The notes beneath the pieces were generated by a model, which did not search any database, was not told the DNA's origin, and saw only the letters and a program-made list of their open reading frames with translations. Below are positions 1-12,800 of a DNA stretch of 64,000 nt, in pieces (positions within the stretch are counted from its first letter, which is position 1; each line of letters opens with the position of its first letter). Source of the stretch: Amphiscolops sp. MND2022 (Eukaryota); the NCBI GenBank assembly GCA_964187785.1, contig OZ076409.1, forward strand, positions 84,322,001 through 84,386,000, given 5' to 3'. A program made the position numbers and the translations under genes.

Positions 1-1409
1 AGCAATTGGAGAATTGTTGGCTTTCTCTTCCAAACCTCATTTCTCCACGAATAATACCCGCAGCTCAAATCAGTTTTCTGCTCCTGGAAGCCGTTTACCT
101 AAACTTTCAAGTGCACGCTAGTTAAGCTGGGGGTTGGCGCCACTTGTTGGGTGAGAGCTGCGCCGGGCCCTTCAAATTTCGGTTGAACTCATAACTGAAG
201 CTTCATTGAAAAGGCTTCTATATGGGTTTCAATGGTGGCCTACTCTGTTCTTAGAGTGGGACAGTAACTTAGCAAACAGTTGCTCAGTTATTGAGAAAAG
301 GCGAATTTTCTGAAATGTACTTTTTTTTCGCAATTTTTCACTATTTGCAGCTATTTTTTTGCCCGTGGCTCGGAAAAAACTATTTTGACATATAACAACT
401 CCCCCAGTTTGTCCAGTAGATTGTCGATGAGAAATGCAATTTGTTTCGTTCTGTGTTTCGTAATTTTTATTGATTGCGAAAAAAATTGCCGCCCTCATTT
501 GAGGACGAAATCATTGTCGAGGTTAAAATCAAGTGAAAAATTAGATCTGGTGATGCTCTCAATCTGAAAAAAAATGACAATAAGCTTTTGGCAATCAAAG
601 AACAATTAATGATACACCTTTTAAAAAGCGAAAGTGATCTTTTGGAGAATTTTTATGGGGAAATTTCTCTTCAAGAGGGCAGTATTTTCGTGGAAAGAAA
701 GCATTGAATTAATGTTTTTTAAAACGATATAAACGCTCTAGCGTAGCCAACAAGCCACGAATTCTGAAAACTAGCACTACTTGCTAAATAAAAGCATCAC
801 GTTTCTCTATGCATGTTGCTATTTAGTTTGTTGGTGGATTCTGTGGAGTTTCATGATCAACGAAGCATTCATGATGTGAACTAAATTGCATAAAACGTTA
901 AAAAAAGTCAAAAGAAGCTGGAAACGGCCCGAGTCGGAGCCTGCTCAAGGTTTAAAAAGAGAGTTTTTTCAAGAATGCAAAAGAACACAATTGTGAAACT
1001 TTTATCAAATTTTCAGTGCCAGAAAATATGCAAAGCATTACCAAAAAGACTCGACTACTTTTTGCAACTTTTTCGGAACACTATATTTGGAAAATTATCT
1101 CATAGTGCCGAAAAAGGTACTTTGAGTTCGGAAAACGTTTTTTTTTCAAGGCAAAATTTTGATGAAAATGAAGGGGTACCCTTTGACCAATAGAAACATT
1201 TTTCAAAAAAAAGTACAGTGCCGAAGCAAAATTACATTTTTTTAGTCGGCGCTTTTCTAGTGAAAAGTGCCCGACACTTACAGTGGCTAGTTTTTTTTCT
1301 TTTTTTTTTCTTTTTCGTCAGACTACAATCTCACTCTGATTGGGCCACTTTTCTTACAATCGAAACTACTAAAACTACTAGCATAAGGCCAAGTCCGGTC
1401 AGCGGAAAT

Positions 1410-1741
1410 TAGTGCAAAAGGGTCCCCCTTTCATATTTTACTATTTTACCGTAGCCTACAACCGGACGAGACTAAAGGGTCCCCCCTTTCAATTTTCTTT
1501 CCGCATTGTGCGACTTTTTTTTCAAAAATTTTTCAATGTATCAAAAGAGTCCCCCTTTCGAGTTTTTTGATATTTTGCAACAGAATATATATTGATAAAG
1601 CCCAAAGGGTTCCCCCTTTTACATTTTTCGGCACTATGCGACATTTTCTGAAAGAAAGAATATTCAAAAATTTTAAAAAAAATTTTTTGCGCTTTTTGAG
1701 CCTTAGATATAGCGCCGACTTTAGACGTTCCCGTCTTGTTC
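1410..1741. repeat. Copy of a dispersed non-coding repeat family (end motif cgccgactttagacgttcccgtcttgtt; internal aaagggtcccccctttc motifs)
   Basis: Related ends and motifs recur at 22078-22612 (inverted), ~48560-48810 and 59625-59740 (inverted). Confidence 0.7.
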
Positions 1742-2632
1742 ACTGTTATAGAGAAAACTCTCATCAGCTCCACATGACCAAAAAATAATCAAAGAGATCA
1801 CCGTTAAGACCAAGTGGCCGAGAACAATCTCTAGTGGAAATTTATAGAAATTTATAAATGTGAACGTTACAAGGTGACAGACGAAAGAAACTTGCCATTG
1901 TAAGACTTTTACACTTATTACTAGCAAACAGCGTCAACTAAAAATGACACATCTGGATCATTTTGAGATTTTTTAGAACAACTTTGGCCTTTTCAAAAAG
2001 TGTAAGTAGTAGCTGACTATGATGTCGTGGCCATTTGTCGTATTTTAAAAATACCAAAAAGTTTGCATCGAATAGTCAAAAATTCAGTTTAAGGTTATTT
2101 AAGACTTTCTTTCAAAATCTTTCCAGGAATTTCTCTTGGTAAAAACTTACTCAGTTGCTGCTTTTTCTGTCGGCTAACTGTGAATTTTTATAGGCACGTA
2201 AACATTCAGCCTTGTAGAAATTTTGACTGTCTTCGCTGCATTTCGGTACGTTTAACCCACCTCTTTATGCAGAAAATTCAAGCTTCTCTGTTGAAAGAGT
2301 GCTAAAAGGCTAAATGTTTTGTCGTTGAGCTCGGTTGATGTTCATAAGATATGATACCATTCATAAATTGTATGAAATTTGCAAAAGAAACATTTGGTTT
2401 CTGAATACCTCCATTAAATATAAACACTTCCATTCAAAAAAAGTTCAATTATCTCAATATCTACCTTCACTTCGCACTTCCTGTCGTAGCTGTTGCATTC
2501 TGTAGAACCTCTATTTTTTAAAATGAATTTCGTGTATATAATAGAACTTTTTTGAATAAAAGTGCTTATAATTTTGCTCTTAGCATTATACTAAATATTA
2601 GGGACGAAAAAATAATTGTGAAAAAATCTAAC

Positions 2633-2848
2633 CTGTTGGTTCAATCACAACGAATGACGAGTTTGAGCCGTACTTGGCACTTTGATTATCTCTGAAATGG
2701 AAGCTGACTTTGGATAAGCTCTGGCTTTTCGTTTCAGATTCGTAGCCGACGTGAATTGTATTCACTCCTTTTCGTTTGAAAACCACTTCTTGGCTTTCTG
2801 ACGCATCCGTTATTTCCGAGTCTTTTGAGCGGTCGTATTGAGAGCACA
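2633..2848 (-). CDS. Possible isolated exon of an unresolved gene (CSQYDRSKDSEITDASESQ...VVIEPT)
   Basis: Open frame with higher GC, flanked by gatag| and ACA G|gttaga. Could not be linked convincingly to neighbouring exons. Confidence 0.3.
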
Positions 2849-5800
2849 CTATCTTGATATATGATTTGATTGGTCCTTTGTTTCTCGAAGGAATACCTAT
2901 TTTGCGAACAAAACTTCCATGATTTTGTGATACATTTTTTGAAGTTCAAAAACGCTTTGTACAGGTTGGCAAAATTCTTCAGCTTTGGGGAAAAATTATG
3001 CATGAACGTTTGTACTTTTCGTCAATCTTATACAAATGGAAGTTTTATTGATACCATTCTTGCTATTTATATTCATCTTTGAGACTTTGAGAAGTTGATT
3101 CCTTAGTTTTCTATTTTTTCTGCTGTTTATTTTTAGTATGTATCGTGCACAAATTAGATCAATTTTTCTGAAGTTTATTTATTACATCCAAATTACGTAA
3201 CTTTCGAACTGTTATACTGATGTACGTTCTACAGAAAAGAAGTTTAAAAGATGATTACATGTACAATATAGTTTGCAAGAGATTTTAAAGAAATCCTCGA
3301 CATTGAAAATCTATTTTCTAGACTTGAAAACTGAGGTTTGAGTCAAAGAAATGTTCAATTAATTTAAACTATAGCTGATGATTCACGACAGTGTGGGAAA
3401 CGTTTGTTGAATTTGCGACAAGGTAAAATATAAAAATTTTCTTCGGAATCGTGATCTGAACTCGTAAGACTTTTTTGAGGGTGTACACGTGTAAATGCAC
3501 ATATGGCCATCGAAGTTCTATGCGAATCTATGTACAGTAGTGATTCTAGAAGAAGCAACATGAGGCAATTCTCAAAATCGAATATCGCAAAAAAGGGGTG
3601 ATTTTTGAAAAATTGTGATAGCAAAAATTTCTTGAATTTTTCTCTACTTAACAGATTTGTTTGTTTTAAAATTGTGCAATGAAAATTGAAAATGTTACGA
3701 TAGGTCATTTTTAGCCTAATTTAGGTCAAAACAGGCATTTTTCTCACTCTGGGGCTCCTTTGCGAAGTTTTTGAGAAATTGTACATTGAATCGACCCCTT
3801 GAATTTACAGAAGCCATTGACATGTTTTGATTAAGAAAAATAGGCTGTATAAAAAACCTTTTCCGAAATTACATATTTTGGTGTGCGTTTTTGAAACTAA
3901 ACATTTTCAAACAAGCTCGTAATGATACAACTTATATTATTTTTGAAAAAATCATATGTCAGATTCGAAATGTTCAGGAACATTTTTCTGTCGATTTTTT
4001 TTTGAAATCAAAAAAACGTTAGTCAAGTTTCGAAAACAAGTTTTGAAAGTAGCTCTCGACTAAAAAATGAGCGCGTGAAACTTTAATTAGCCAATGACAG
4101 TTGTTGATTTGTTTTTCCCGCGTGCTAGGTTGCTTTTTCAAAAATCACTACTTCACTAACCATGCATTAATCAATACATGCATTAATTCGTAAAGTGTTC
4201 CATTTTTCTTGCGATCCACGAAATCAGATGATAATTAAGAAGCAGTCGTTAATAAAGTTGGATGACCTTGCGATGACTTGTATTTCGCAGAGAGAGAGTG
4301 ACAGTCAACTTTTTCAAATGAGTGGTGCTTTTAGTCGGTGCTTCTCGTAACAAAAAGTGCCAGACTCTTATAGTGGCTAATTTTTTCCCTCTCACCACAG
4401 AGCTCAACCTGCATGTATCACTTTTTGGTGTAAATGTTAATTGGTTTAGTGGGAACCCAGCTCGATCGGAGTTTTGACATAACGTCCGATGTAAATTGCG
4501 TTTCACTAAGGTGGAAGCTGAGGTTCGAAATTATTGCATTTTATCCAAACTTTGACATATATCCGAAATGAATTACTGTAACGGAACCCTCTGGTACAGC
4601 AATATCAGCCAATTTTGAAATTTCGAAATCTTCAGACTTTTGGTCGAAAAATCTAATTCGATGTGTGACGTGGCACTGAGCATGTGACTGCTCCTTTCGC
4701 TGTTTTCGCAATTTTAAATGCAAAACAAAGACGAGAGCAGACGGAACAGGAGCACGCAGAACGAAACAGCCTGAGAGCTCAAAAAACTCATGAAAAAAGT
4801 CTTTTTGAGGTGCTAACCCCGGTGTTTATAGACTTTCAGCATTATGCCAGCTTAAGTTTCGAGAACCGGAGAAACGAGTCTTTTCGCCTAAAGAACCTTG
4901 TTTGGTACTTGGAGCTGTGTGGCCTGCCCATTTCATGCGTGATTTCATGTGTTTTTAAGTATTTTAGTTCTATTTGCCAGCAGGAAAGCTAGTTTTGGCA
5001 ATTTTAGATACTATTCCCAGTTTTAGATACTATTCCCAGATTGCCCTGGAGATGGAAATTTATACTGTTTTTTTGGCATTGATTTCAATGGCTAACTAAG
5101 CGGTGGTCCGAGGCGAAGGTCCGAGACGGATGCCCGTTATTCTCAGCAGTTACAAAGGCCGGAGGGCATTTGTAAGACGGTTCCCCCTCCTCGGGACCGG
5201 AAACCCTGTGGAGGTAAAATGGGCTAATGCTATGGCGATCAGTCCCGGATCTATATCCATGGTATTGGTTCCTCCAACTCTTGTTCCCACGAAATGCTCA
5301 GCGCTTATTGTTACACGAGAACATATGTTTTGGCGACCACAGAGAGATCGTCTTTAGAAGCTTTCATTAATGGTTTTAAAAATTCCGGCCCTCTGATGTT
5401 TGACGCCAAGAACGATTTGGCTCTGGCAGGAGATGTTTACCCATATTTCTTTTCTTTTTAGATGACATGATGTTTAATTTTTGGTGCTTTGTTCTTCGAG
5501 GTGATTGTTCCGAATACCTATGGTATGTTTTCTTCAGGTATTTGTTGACAGGTATCGTCTGAAATTGCAAGGTTCCCTCCAGCGGGTTCTCTTTTTAGGA
5601 GCACAGTGGAAACTAGCACGTTGCTATTGGTGTTCAACAGATTTTTCGAACCGTTTTCAGTGATTTGCGATTATGTCCGAGAGGTGAAACTGATGGATGT
5701 TTGGAACCGGTTGAAATGAAACGACAACTCGGGGGATTTTACTGAAGGAAACGAGTGTTTGATGTAAAAAAGTAAGCATTCGTTTTTGAAAAAGAATAAG

Positions 5801-6827
5801 TAACCGAGTAATGTTATCTAAACATCAGATATCAAAATACAGCATGCATATCGTGTTCTAAAATGGCAATTGAATGAATATTTCAACCACCATCTGTTTG
5901 CCGAAACGTAATCAGAAAAAGCGTCAATTGTTTGCGTTTGTCATAGTTCAGTTTGAAACAAAAATGGGTAATGGCCAACTTTGAAAGTCGGCGCTTGTTA
6001 AGGCTGAGAAAAAGCAAAGTGTTTTCAAGTATGCTGAAGAACAATTATTGAGAAAACTGTCATCAACCTCGCTGTATCAACAGAAAAGACATCCCTGATT
6101 AGAAAAAGGCTCTTCCCCAACTGAAAAATTCAGAAAAAAAATCGAATCTTGAGGCAAAAGTTGAAAATAGTTTCGACACAAAAAAAAGAACAATCGCCTT
6201 TGCTTTTCAAGCACTTCTTCTAACGAACTTCAAAATCTTCACAGATAAATATGCTACACACTTTTCTGTCGTTAACTCCGCAGCACCAACTTAATCTTAA
6301 TTCTAATCTGTGCTCAAAGTTAAGTTTGACAAATTTGGAAAGAGCCGACTGAGTGTGTAAATTCATTTTTCTGTACATTAAATACGGAAAAAAGTAACAA
6401 CATTCCCTTTTTTCGACTTGCTATGGAAAATGTCTTCGTTGATATATTTGAATCTGCTGAATAGTGTTTTTAGTCGGTGGTGCTTTTTGAACAAAAAATG
6501 CTCGACTAATACAGAGACAAGTTTTTATCTCAGATGGAAACAGACAGCGAATTACGGTGAACCCGTAGATTTATGGTTTATTCGAAGAGCAAGTCACTAC
6601 CGGAAGCTTTTGAAAAATCGTATTAAAAAGTTCGGTGTTTCAAAATTCTCGATGGAGGTATGTCATGAGTTGGTCACAGAAGATAGATCATAGAAGAATT
6701 GGAACCAAGAGACTTCTGAACAAAGAAACAAAGCTTTAGAAGCGTATATTCAGTCAAAACTTGGTAGAATGCTGGAAAGCAACAAAACTCAAGTTAACAA
6801 CAGAATTAGTGAATGTTTTCTCATAGT

Positions 6828-9800
6828 TTAATGTGAATTCTCTCGATAAGCATTCTGTTTACTTCCGGATCTACTCTTTACTTTGACGCAGTTCAACTTC
6901 CCGTCTTTCAAATAATGATACGCACACGTGCAATTGGCACTACCACACATAACATTCACTGGTTTTCTTCTGGAAGACGCCTCCAATTTCTTCCTAATTT
7001 CATCAATGTTTTCCTTTGTGACGGGGATACCGGAGTCATCTTTACAACACGCGCCTTTTGAAGGCACCGGGGGGTTGCTGGCTCTGTGCTTTTGTGCCAG
7101 TCTGTCGAAGTAACTGCTTCTCCTGCCCCCGGGTTGAGGAGTTTGTTCCTGACTGGGTGCTCTCCCAGCGGAACCATGGATTTCCCTGGAACCACTTTGG
7201 TCAGGTGCTATGTCTCCAGGGAGAGAAACAGAGTCGCGTCCAGAGATTTGGGGCTCATGGCGAGTTTCTTGACCTGCGTCTGAAGCTGGGCGGGAGCCTG
7301 CATGTTCGTCGAAGTCTCCGGGTCCGTCTTTCTCGGAACCAAAATCGGGACTATCTTTTTTGGAGTCTCCTTTGCTGATGAAAATGTAAACAGATTTCAT
7401 TCAACCTTCAGAGTGATATATGGTTTTTTGAAACCAACTACTAGATTCAAGTGACTATTCGTGGCATTTAATTGATGACGATGGAATAAAAATGGCGAAA
7501 CCTTGGATGTTCAATGCATGGCAAAAGCAGTATTTTTCTTCAAGCTGTTGGCTCAAAAATTTCAGCTTGAAATTTGAAGGAGAAACAAAAAAACATTGAT
7601 TCAGAAACAAACAAATTTTAACACTGCAAACTTACTCTAGATCATCGTACAGTGCATCGTATTCTTCGATGGCCCTTTCAGCCTCACTTTCAATTTCTTC
7701 CTGCTCCTTGTCACTGAGGTTGGGATACTCGTCCTCAGGAATCTGGTTCTTGATGTTAGAGAGCGTTGACCTCATGATTGCGTCATTAGGCTCCATCTCC
7801 TCCTCGGGTCCAATCTCGGGGGTCATTTTAATCGTCGGACTTTCATGACTTAACTGGCCTTCTTCTGGACCGTCGTCTCGGAGACCATCATCCATGCCGG
7901 ATCCAGACTGTTGAGGCATTTCTGTAGCCCGGGGTTAGAATTGGTTTTATGATGTCAATGTTGATGATGTAAATGAGGTAACTCGTAAAAATAAACGCTA
8001 AATTTCATTTAAATTTCAAGAACCTTTTTAAAACAACATTTAACACTTTTCGAACCTAAAAGTTAAATTATCATTTTTTTCAGGTCTTTCAACTTTCACA
8101 AACTTAGTCTTTTTTGAAGACTCTTTTTTTCAGAAATGTTCTGAAGTAGTCAACTAGGTAAAATGTGATACCTTCTCTTTAGAAGACTTTAAATATTTCA
8201 CTATTGAATGAACCCTCGAAAGCGTTTATCTCATACCCATTTAAATGTAGAACATTTTAATGAAAAAAATCGACTGGAACCCAAAAAACTGAAGGAGTTT
8301 TTGAATTTATTGAGTCAGGTATTAGAAATTTCAGAGGGACTGTTCACCTCCAAAACATACAGATCATAAACTTTGAGAGACAATGCTTTGCGTGGCACAT
8401 AGATCTTCTATCCCCCTCAACCTTTAGTGCCTGGACGGGAATGAGACTGATTGAAATCGATGGGAGTGCCATCGCCTTCCTCTTCAAAGTCTTCTTCATC
8501 TCCAAATTGGTCAGCAGGACTCATCTGACTGGGAGCCAATCGACTTTGACCCATAGGAGTGCCATCTTCAAACTCACCTTCGCCTTCGCCTCCTTCCGAC
8601 AGTGTTGGCGACTAAAAAATGCTTCTTCTTAGTAAGAAGACGTCTGATGAAATTTTTGACATATTTGTGGATCTTTGTGGCTCATTTAAGGTACTTTTTT
8701 CAACTAAAACTTCAGGGTTGACCATAAAGAGTTTGATGAGAAACCAACTGTTTTGTTCTCTCGTTGAACTCTGGATATTCATACCCGCGAAAAACACTCA
8801 AAATATGTATTAAAATTGAATAAAACATTTAATCGTTTCCGCCCTCTTTTGGGGCATTTCCAGTACAGAAATTTGAAAAAAGTTCAGAAATTTTTCTTAT
8901 TTGCTAGAAACATGATACGACAAATAGCTGCGGCAAATATGATACGACAAATGCTACGAAATATGGCAGTGCAAATACATAAGGTACGATTCTAATTTTC
9001 TGGTATTTGAATTTTGTGGAAGAACGTTGAAACATATCTTTTGAGTTTAACGTTGGAAATGTAGCTTTTGAGTTTAACGTTGGAACATGGTAAAACTTGA
9101 AAAAAAACGAAATACTGAGTTTATTTTCCCGCATGAAAAACGAGTGGAAAACAAAACCAGTACCCCAGTTTTATGGTTTTAGGTTTCTTTTTGTCAGATG
9201 ATAGTTTCACTGTAGAAGATCAAGTTTTCACAAAATTTAAACCCAAGACCTCAAGAGTACATGTATGGAAAACTTCCAGTCCATAAAAGGGCCATACTAT
9301 GGTCAGTGTATTATTTTCATAGGGGTTTCATTTCTTTCATTTTCATTTTTTCTTCTCATTGGGTCATTGCATGACTGAACTATTTCATACATCACTAGAT
9401 CAGACTTTTTATGATCTACATGTTTTTTCCATGGTGGTCAACCCGGGAAATCACGAGTTCTAACAGACTTCCAGAACAATTTCAACTACGGAGATGCCTG
9501 AGCCAATTAAGTCTTGGTTCAAAAGCGCATGAAACGAGATGAGTACTCGATCGCTCTTGATTGATGTTCTAGTCATTAACATCGTTAGGAATCTTGATCA
9601 CCGTCTGGTATGGTTAGTTTTCTTCCATGTTGGGAATATGTACTCAATTTTGAATTTCTTTTAGTAATAGTCATGAAAAATTAATGTTTGACTTGAAACT
9701 CGAAACTCTTTTGACGATGAAGCGAAACGCTTTTTCAAATATGCTTCAGAAATGCTGCACTATCAAATTTTCTTAGCATAATTTTGCTTGTGAAATTACT

Positions 9801-12800
9801 GAACGTATCAGTAGAAAACCTTAAAAAACGGTTTTTTTTTGCAAGTGCTACACTGCCTTCTATAACTGTGACGTATTCATATTCTGCTTCACCCATGTAC
9901 TCATCCAAATCAAAGTCTTCCAATTTAGATGGCCTCTCTACTTCCGGTAGAACGTGATCAAAGTTCACCTGTTCAATCGCATCTTGCTCTTTTTCTGGGT
10001 CGGGTTTCTCCTGAAAGAATGCAGCAGATCCAATAGTCTCATCTTCGCCGGCTTCCTCCGGTTCACCTGTTACATCCTCAACAGCCTCGATTTCACCTTG
10101 AGGACCTTCGTTCTGGGGTACATCGTATCCAGGAGTACCGGGTTCCTCGAAGACATCTTGTTGACCCAGCTCCTCAGGAATTTCTTCAATCTCTTCAGAA
10201 GGCTGATCACTTTCAAGCCCATCTAAGATAAAATCAACATCGACTTCTCCCTTGAGACTGCATTGAAGACTGGCTCCTTCTTGGGTTCTTTCTTCTTTGA
10301 CGTCAGAAACTTGGATTTCCATCTCTGGAGGAACCTTCAAATGTACGTTCGATGAAGTTTTTTGCTTCAGTTTCTTCAAAATCTTTTCCTGCTGTTCTTT
10401 AGAAACATGGAAAGTTATATCAACGATGCCAGAAAGATCGAACTTAGTTGAAGCACCGGCATGACCGGGTTCTCCATCGAAAGATCCAGCGTCAGGAGTA
10501 TCTCCAGGTCTATCATCAGGCGTCGACGGTTTCATACCTTTCTGAGCCTGACTCATTGCTTCTCCCATTTTGAAAGGTTGACATGGACAACATGTTGTTA
10601 TCATTCTTCTCTCCTGCTCATAATATCTGTCTTTAGCATTATGACATTCGTTTCCTTGAATCGCACTGCACTGATTTGATTGCTTCGACGATTGACCTCG
10701 TGCACCCTGTGATTGTCTAGGAGGGCCTTGTGAACCTTTTGGGAGACTTTGCGGGCCTCTAGATCCCCCTGTAGGACGCTTGCTGCGTAAAGGTTCCTCT
10801 GAGATTCGATCGATAGACCCACCACTAGGCGTCCTTTTCTTAGAGGTTCGTTGAGATGGCCGACTTGGCTGAGACTGTCGCCCCTGATTATACGGAACGG
10901 CAGATGAAATGAGAGACGTTCTTGGTAGTATATTCCTGTGAGACACCTCCGATAGCCTTTGGTTGCTGAAAAGCGATGGTTTTTGCTGATCGCTCGGCAG
11001 AGAACTGCCTCTTTTTATGCTCGTGGCCTTAGCAGCAGCCTTGGATTCTCCCTGTGCCGAGAAAGCATTGCTGCTTTTACTAGAAGCTGCTATATCGCCA
11101 GGACTCACCTCAGCACTTGGACTTTCGAAGTCATTAGGCTGACTCATAGGTCTTGATGGCTTCTTGGTTTGCCCAGTAATACCTTTACGAGCTAAAGAGT
11201 CTAACCGCGCTTCTCGAATTTCATCTACAGACGTTCGTCTCTCAGGTCCCGTACCAGCTGTGCTTCCTCCAAATGTCGGTCTCTTTGACCCGCTCGCGGT
11301 TTTTCGAGGAGAATCTTTCTCTCCGGGTGGCATTTTCTGAAGAACTCCATTCACTATAGAAGATCTCTTATTCGACTGTGCTGATCTAGACTGAGACTGG
11401 CTTCCCATCCCTGAAGGAGGTTTAGAGTCTTTTCCAGTAGAAACAATACCTCGACTGAAATTCCTGTCGTCTTCCATACGCTGTAAACTCTCTCCATTCT
11501 GTACGTTTTGATCAACTTTTCCATACTGATAAGGCTCACCTGGTCCTTGTTCGAACTGGTCTTGAGCAATTGGCGTCTCGCCTTCTTGCTCATCTTCTCT
11601 GCTGGGTATTGACATGCTTTTCGAGAGCCTGTCTTCAGCGCCATCTTCTGGTTGCTGTTTCCCAGGAAAGGGATATCCAACTTCATAAGACGGACGTCTC
11701 GGCCCACTGGGCTTAGATCCAGTTTTGGAGCCTGTTTTACTGGGCATTTGACCTGGGAGATTGTCGATTCCTTGTTGTTCTTCCGGCACGTCTTCGCCCT
11801 CTTCACTTTGGTCGACTAGACTTCCTTCAGGACCCGCTTGATCATTCATAATAGTCTGAATCAGTTGACCGTCCCCTGTGTTTTGTTGCTGAGCAATGCC
11901 GTACGCCTGTTGATGGAACACTTGAGACCTCTCTCCTTCTTCTTCGTGGTCTTCTAGTCCATTATCTTGTTTATAGCCAATCTGATTCTGCGCGGCTTCC
12001 ATTTCTGCCTTTTTATATGTTCCTGGACCTTGTTGACCTTCAGTTGCCATACCCATTTGGTAACCTGCCTCCTCGTGTCTAGCATATCCTTCTTCATGTT
12101 TCATGTGGTAACCTTGCATCGCAGGGTGTTCTTGCCCCGCGATAGGTTGACTTCCTTTCGAAGGAGCAGGTCTTTGACCTCTGCTTCCTTTCGCACTCTG
12201 AGTCATTGACCCTGCTACATTCTGTTGGCTTGCTGCGCCTGGGGCTTTGGGCTTAGAATCCCGGGTTGAAGGAAGCGAATCAAGAGGTGTTACGTAACCT
12301 CCTCTCCCTCTCCCTCTTCCTCTCCCACCAAGACTTTCATGGGCCACATCTTGCGCTTGTGACTGCATTTCTGCTATTCCAAACTGATCCGCTTCCTTGG
12401 TGCTCCCTGCAGACTTCATTCCGCTCTGAGAAGGTGCGCCTAGGGATTTGGACTTGGAATCCCGAGTTGAAGGAAGGGAATCGAGAGGTGTTACGTAACC
12501 TCCTCTCCCCGCAGGGCTCTCATGGGCAACATCTTGCGCTTGTGACTGCATTTCTGCTATTCCAAACTGATCCGCTTCCTTGGTGCTCCCTGCAGACTTC
12601 ATTCTGCCCTGAGATGGGACTCCAAGACCAGCATCAAATCGATCGGCTTCTTCTTCTCCTTCTTCGTCTTCAGTTCCGATTGGAACATTAAAATCATCTT
12701 GCACATGTTCAAAACCTTCTTCCGGTTCTCCGGGGTGTTGATCTCCCCAGGTGTCTGGACCTCCCATGGGACCCTGGTCTTCGCCTTCCTCCTCGCATTC

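Noticed and set aside
1..260. GC-richer start of the window, possibly an exon end
   Set aside because: Only short frames are open and the context is truncated.
3364..5745. GC-richer patches that might be further 3' exons of the disordered-protein gene
   Set aside because: No phase-consistent, stop-free splice path could be built by eye.
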